Positions 53,497 to 56,858 of a stretch of 56,858 nucleotides of DNA are shown one piece after another; position 1 is the first letter of the stretch, and every line of letters begins with the position of its first letter. Under the pieces are notes generated by a model, which saw only the letters and a list, made by a program, of their open reading frames with translations, had not been told where the DNA came from and did no database searches. Where the stretch lies: IMG/VR virus record IMGVR_UViG_3300011441_000012, positions 1-56,858 of that record. The stretch is one strand, 5' to 3'. The stretch comes from a virus (taxonomy: Duplodnaviria; Caudoviricetes). Position numbers and translations under genes: made by a program.

Positions 53497-56400
53497 CTAT
53501 CTTTGCTTTTCTCTCTCCTCGTAAGTAGAAACGCCCGCACCAAAAGTCGCCAGAACTTGAATGATTGCCCCCTCGGTCATTCCGCGATCCCGCATCACTG
53601 CAATGATCTCTTGGACCGACAATGGCACTGGCACCCACGCTGCCGCCGCATCTCCAACAGTCACTCTCACCTTGCTCGCAGGCTTTCCAGAATCAATGGC
53701 GGCGATAGCCGTCTTAACTATGGCGGCAACGTCTGGTCTAGCCTTGTTCTTGAAGAAATTCCAAATGACCTCCCCAGTTCCAAAATCCGAAATGTCCCTT
53801 TCCTTTCCAGAGATTCCGGTTGTAATCCCCTTGGCGATCCTTGAACTAGATACGATAGGTTGCTGAAATCCAGCCCACGGATCAATGCGCGTGTCCCCGC
53901 GTACCACCTTTCCGAAATCGCTAGAGGTAGAATCAGACTCTCTTTTGTCTGAAAACAGACGGCTCACCGAATACAAGGCGACAATGGAAAGAATCCATCG
54001 GACATATTCCTTGGCCGCAATCTTTCTGGCGCGACCACTGCCGGCCCATTCTGCTGCTCCCCATAGCGGCTGACCACTCAACGCCTGAAGCCGGCTGGCC
54101 AACAGGCTTGGCGACCAGAGTAATTCCCCTGTCACCTTGGCCACGCCTCGATTAAGATTACCTCGCCCCGTGGAGATGTTGACCAGATTTCCGATCACCT
54201 TCAAATCCGCTGCGGTCGGCGGCCTATCCTTGAAATTAACCTCCAGTAGATAGTCCGCCAGATTGGCGCGGGCGGAGTTTAGGAATGTGATGAATGCTCG
54301 GTTGCTCATTCGCACTCCTTTGGCTCCGGCTTTTGGAATCGCAGTAACCCCCGTCTTGATTGCGCTTCCGGTTCTCATAGGAACTTCCGCCCATTCGTCC
54401 AGAATGGAATGCGCCCGGTCCTCCCATTTGGTAAAGTCCGTCGTCTTGAGTTCGGTGTACTGAATCCCCATCTGCTTATCTGCGCCACTTTTTGCATTTG
54501 GCCGGTTCGTGCGCCACTGCTCAATGCCATTCGCCACTGACTCGCTTTTCATGGCCTGATACATCTTCACGAAAGGATCACCCATAAGCCTCTTGGCGCT
54601 GGACGGGTTGGTGATGGCACGGCTCAGATTCGCCAGTAAGTAAAGAAACGCCTGTCTTGGGGCTGACAAGTCGAACGATGACAGAAGATTCACGAATGCG
54701 TCCTTACCCTGCCTGATTCCGTGCCACACCTTCTGCATTCGGCTGCGCTTCGCCATGTTGTCCAGATACAAACCATGCTTCCATTTATGCTTGATGGATT
54801 CCACCTCTCCAAGCAAACGCATGGCTTTTGCATCGCCTGAAATATCCAGCGGAGGCTTGCGGGTTCTGGGTCGAAAATCCCCACGGGCTAACTTTCCGCT
54901 CCAATATTCCAATTCCCGCGACAGTGCCGCCGTCTTGGCTTTCAAGGCTGTCACCGCAGGATCGCGCTCTGGCTTTGGCTGGAGTGCGTCCCTCGCCCAC
55001 TCTCTTTCCGCCTTGAGCGCGGCGATGGTCTGCCTATTCGCCTCCAGCTTTGCGCTGGTCAACTTCAAAGGCTGTTTGGATTTCGGGAAAATTTCTCCGG
55101 TTTCTTTTTGCCGTTCCAATACTGCGATCTGACGGGTGGTCGAGCGTTCCGCCAGTTCCACGCGCTGCAAGTCGGTCAACCCTGGTGTTTCAAAAATCGA
55201 ATCCCGATCTGCCTTGGTCTGCTTGTATTCCTGCCGCAGCGCCTCTAGCTCAAGATCAGTTGGAGCAGGGGTTTTGGATTTAACGATTTTCTCTCGCGTC
55301 TTTATTTCGTGCCGCAAATCTGCCAGCCGGTTGCGATAGTAGGTCTTTTGAGAATCCAACACTGATGCCAGATGCTTCGCCATGTCCGTCACTACCACGC
55401 CGAACTTTCGTTTCAGTTCATTCAACCGCTGAACCTCCCGCCGTGCCGCATCGCTCAATGGCCTGCGCTGGAGCCCAGTGGGCGGTAGCGGCTTTCTGGC
55501 TTCCACATCCATTTGATGCCCCATCAATCGGATTTGGGTTTTCAAATCGGCCACCTTTGCGGAAATTACATCCTCGCTTGGCAGTGTATATTTGCCACGG
55601 GTTGAGATGGCGTCCATTGCCTCCAGTCTGGTGATCTCTGGAATGAAGGCTTTTAGGATGCCCTGCACCTCGTTAATCAAGGCTTCACGATCTATCTTGG
55701 GGTCGCGCTCCACGATGGCCCGAACCAGTTTTTGCACGTCCGACGCCACCGCATCCAATTCCCCCTTTTTCACCTTGGCTTCGATGCTACTTGTCGCCAA
55801 ATCAATCTTCTCGGCGGCATCTCGCTTCTTGACCACCCGCTTTACCGCTTCCGCTTCCGGTGCAGTCTTTACAAACCCGGCGAGCCGTTCATCTACCATC
55901 GCGTTGCTCGCCTTAAAAATTTCATCCAAGTGCGGCTTTATCCATTCTCCAACGTCACGCACCATCGCGTCCGCCCACTTGACTGAATCCACAAGCCCGC
56001 GAGTAATCTTTGAGGCTCCGTAAATCGAAAGGTCTATCAACTCCACAGGGTCCACGCCCGCCCCGCGACCCATTATGCCTTTTTCCGCTGCCGCCTGACG
56101 CGCCTTGATTCTAGCTAGAGCGGAACTTCCCAACTCATCCATGTAGAGCGAGAACTTCTCTGCGTATTGAAGCACTTTAGGCGAGTATTGTGGCGCGGCT
56201 TTAGACTCCGCCAGTGCTCGGGCAATTTCCGCATCCACCAACTCGCGCCCCTTCTGCTCCAGTTGCGCCTCAAACTCCTTCAGTTTGGCTTGGTAGGCAT
56301 CATGGGTTTTCTGAATCTCAACCCGCTCCGCATCCGTGATCGGCCTCCAGTCGTTCGCCTCCCGTTTCTGCATCTCCAGAGCCGCAAGGCTGTAATCCTC

Positions 56401-56858
56401 GTTCAGCAATCTTTGCCGGGCTTGGCCGGCGCGACCCCACTCTGTCCCTGCCAGCTTGGTGATCTCCGATAGCTCCTTAATTTGGTTGCTCCAGTGCTGT
56501 GCGCGTTCTCCAGCCTCCTTGACCGCATCCATGCGCCCGTCGTCATAAGCCTGAGCCGCCTCTCGGGTCGCCTTTGCGTGTTCCACTTTCAGGTCCACCA
56601 GACGATGATCTAGAGCGAATACTTCCTCATCGGTGAGTTGCCGCGTCTTTTTTTTCAGATCAGCTATAAGCACATCCTGCCACGCCGGGTCCAAGTCAAT
56701 TTTCGCCATTACGCGATCCCACAGCGCTTGATTGCTCTGTCGCTGGGCCTCCAAAAGCCCCGGCATCCCAAGCCGAGCCAATTCCTTTTCCATCGCGGCA
56801 TTTTTGATTCCCGTGGCGGTTTGGAGATTGGGTTTGTACTCGGCTGGGACTGCGCCAC
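53497..56858 (-). CDS. Giant internal virion protein, C-terminal part (open at the right edge)
   Basis: Frame is open upstream of ATG 56793 to the edge; long helical protein with SSDFGK..G.TR.D..AG motif. Confidence 0.8.
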   Translation of the reverse strand, partial: GAVPAEYKPNLQTATGIKNAAMEKELARLGMPGLLEAQRQSNQALWDRVMAKIDLDPAWQDVLIADLKKKTRQLTDEEVFALDHRLVDLKVEHAKATREAAQAYDDGRMDAVKEAGERAQHWSNQIKELSEITKLAGTEWGRAGQARQRLLNEDYSLAALEMQKREANDWRPITDAERVEIQKTHDAYQAKLKEFEAQLEQKGRELVDAEIARALAESKAAPQYSPKVLQYAEKFSLYMDELGSSALARIKARQAAAEKGIMGRGAGVDPVELIDLSIYGASKITRGLVDSVKWADAMVRDVGEWIKPHLDEIFKASNAMVDERLAGFVKTAPEAEAVKRVVKKRDAAEKIDLATSSIEAKVKKGELDAVASDVQKLVRAIVERDPKIDREALINEVQGILKAFIPEITRLEAMDAISTRGKYTLPSEDVISAKVADLKTQIRLMGHQMDVEARKPLPPTGLQRRPLSDAARREVQRLNELKRKFGVVVTDMAKHLASVLDSQKTYYRNRLADLRHEIKTREKIVKSKTPAPTDLELEALRQEYKQTKADRDSIFETPGLTDLQRVELAERSTTRQIAVLERQKETGEIFPKSKQPLKLTSAKLEANRQTIAALKAEREWARDALQPKPERDPAVTALKAKTAALSRELEYWSGKLARGDFRPRTRKPPLDISGDAKAMRLLGEVESIKHKWKHGLYLDNMAKRSRMQKVWHGIRQGKDAFVNLLSSFDLSAPRQAFLYLLANLSRAITNPSSAKRLMGDPFVKMYQAMKSESVANGIEQWRTNRPNAKSGADKQMGIQYTELKTTDFTKWEDRAHSILDEWAEVPMRTGSAIKTGVTAIPKAGAKGVRMSNRAFITFLNSARANLADYLLEVNFKDRPPTAADLKVIGNLVNISTGRGNLNRGVAKVTGELLWSPSLLASRLQALSGQPLWGAAEWAGSGRARKIAAKEYVRWILSIVALYSVSRLFSDKRESDSTSSDFGKVVRGDTRIDPWAGFQQPIVSSSRIAKGITTGISGKERDISDFGTGEVIWNFFKNKARPDVAAIVKTAIAAIDSGKPASKVRVTVGDAAAAWVPVPLSVQEIIAVMRDRGMTEGAIIQVLATFGAGVSTYEEREKQR

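Noticed and set aside
1-56858. Alternative genetic code or stop-codon reassignment
   Set aside because: Core genes are full length in the standard code and pack tightly.

Overview
The window is almost certainly a nearly complete, circularly permuted genome of a tailed dsDNA phage with podovirus-like architecture. No tape measure, tail sheath, integrase, DNA or RNA polymerase, or endolysin is recognisable. The minus-strand block (about 41.1 kb to 1, continuing at 56858 to 53497) runs: small regulatory/unknown genes, a DNA methyltransferase, terminase large subunit, an insert of three glycosyltransferase-like genes plus a radical SAM enzyme, portal, scaffold, GroES, major capsid, Cys-rich decoration-like proteins, exported proteins, a lysis-like membrane cluster containing a receiver-domain protein, tail proteins and ejected/internal proteins. 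It ends in a giant virion gene split by the window edges. The plus-strand blocks carry a primase, a RepA-type helicase, an iteron-like origin, small early genes, a Sak4-like ATPase, SSBs and a VRR-NUC nuclease. Most notable observations: (1) seven exact copies of TTGAC-N8-GTGAA at promoter positions, one overlapping the leaderless promoter of a Zn-ribbon/wHTH gene, suggesting a dispersed operator network; (2) an overprinted gene with its own motif, on an in-frame repeat-flanked cassette inside the giant virion gene; (3) three genes carrying 3, 2 and 1 copies of a CxxC helical module; (4) a possible virion-glycosylation module; (5) small proteins, one with a Tat signal, that resemble a capsid segment; (6) structured RNA leaders. 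All functional calls come from reading motifs by eye; no database searches were run. A Verrucomicrobiota-like host is only a weak inference.
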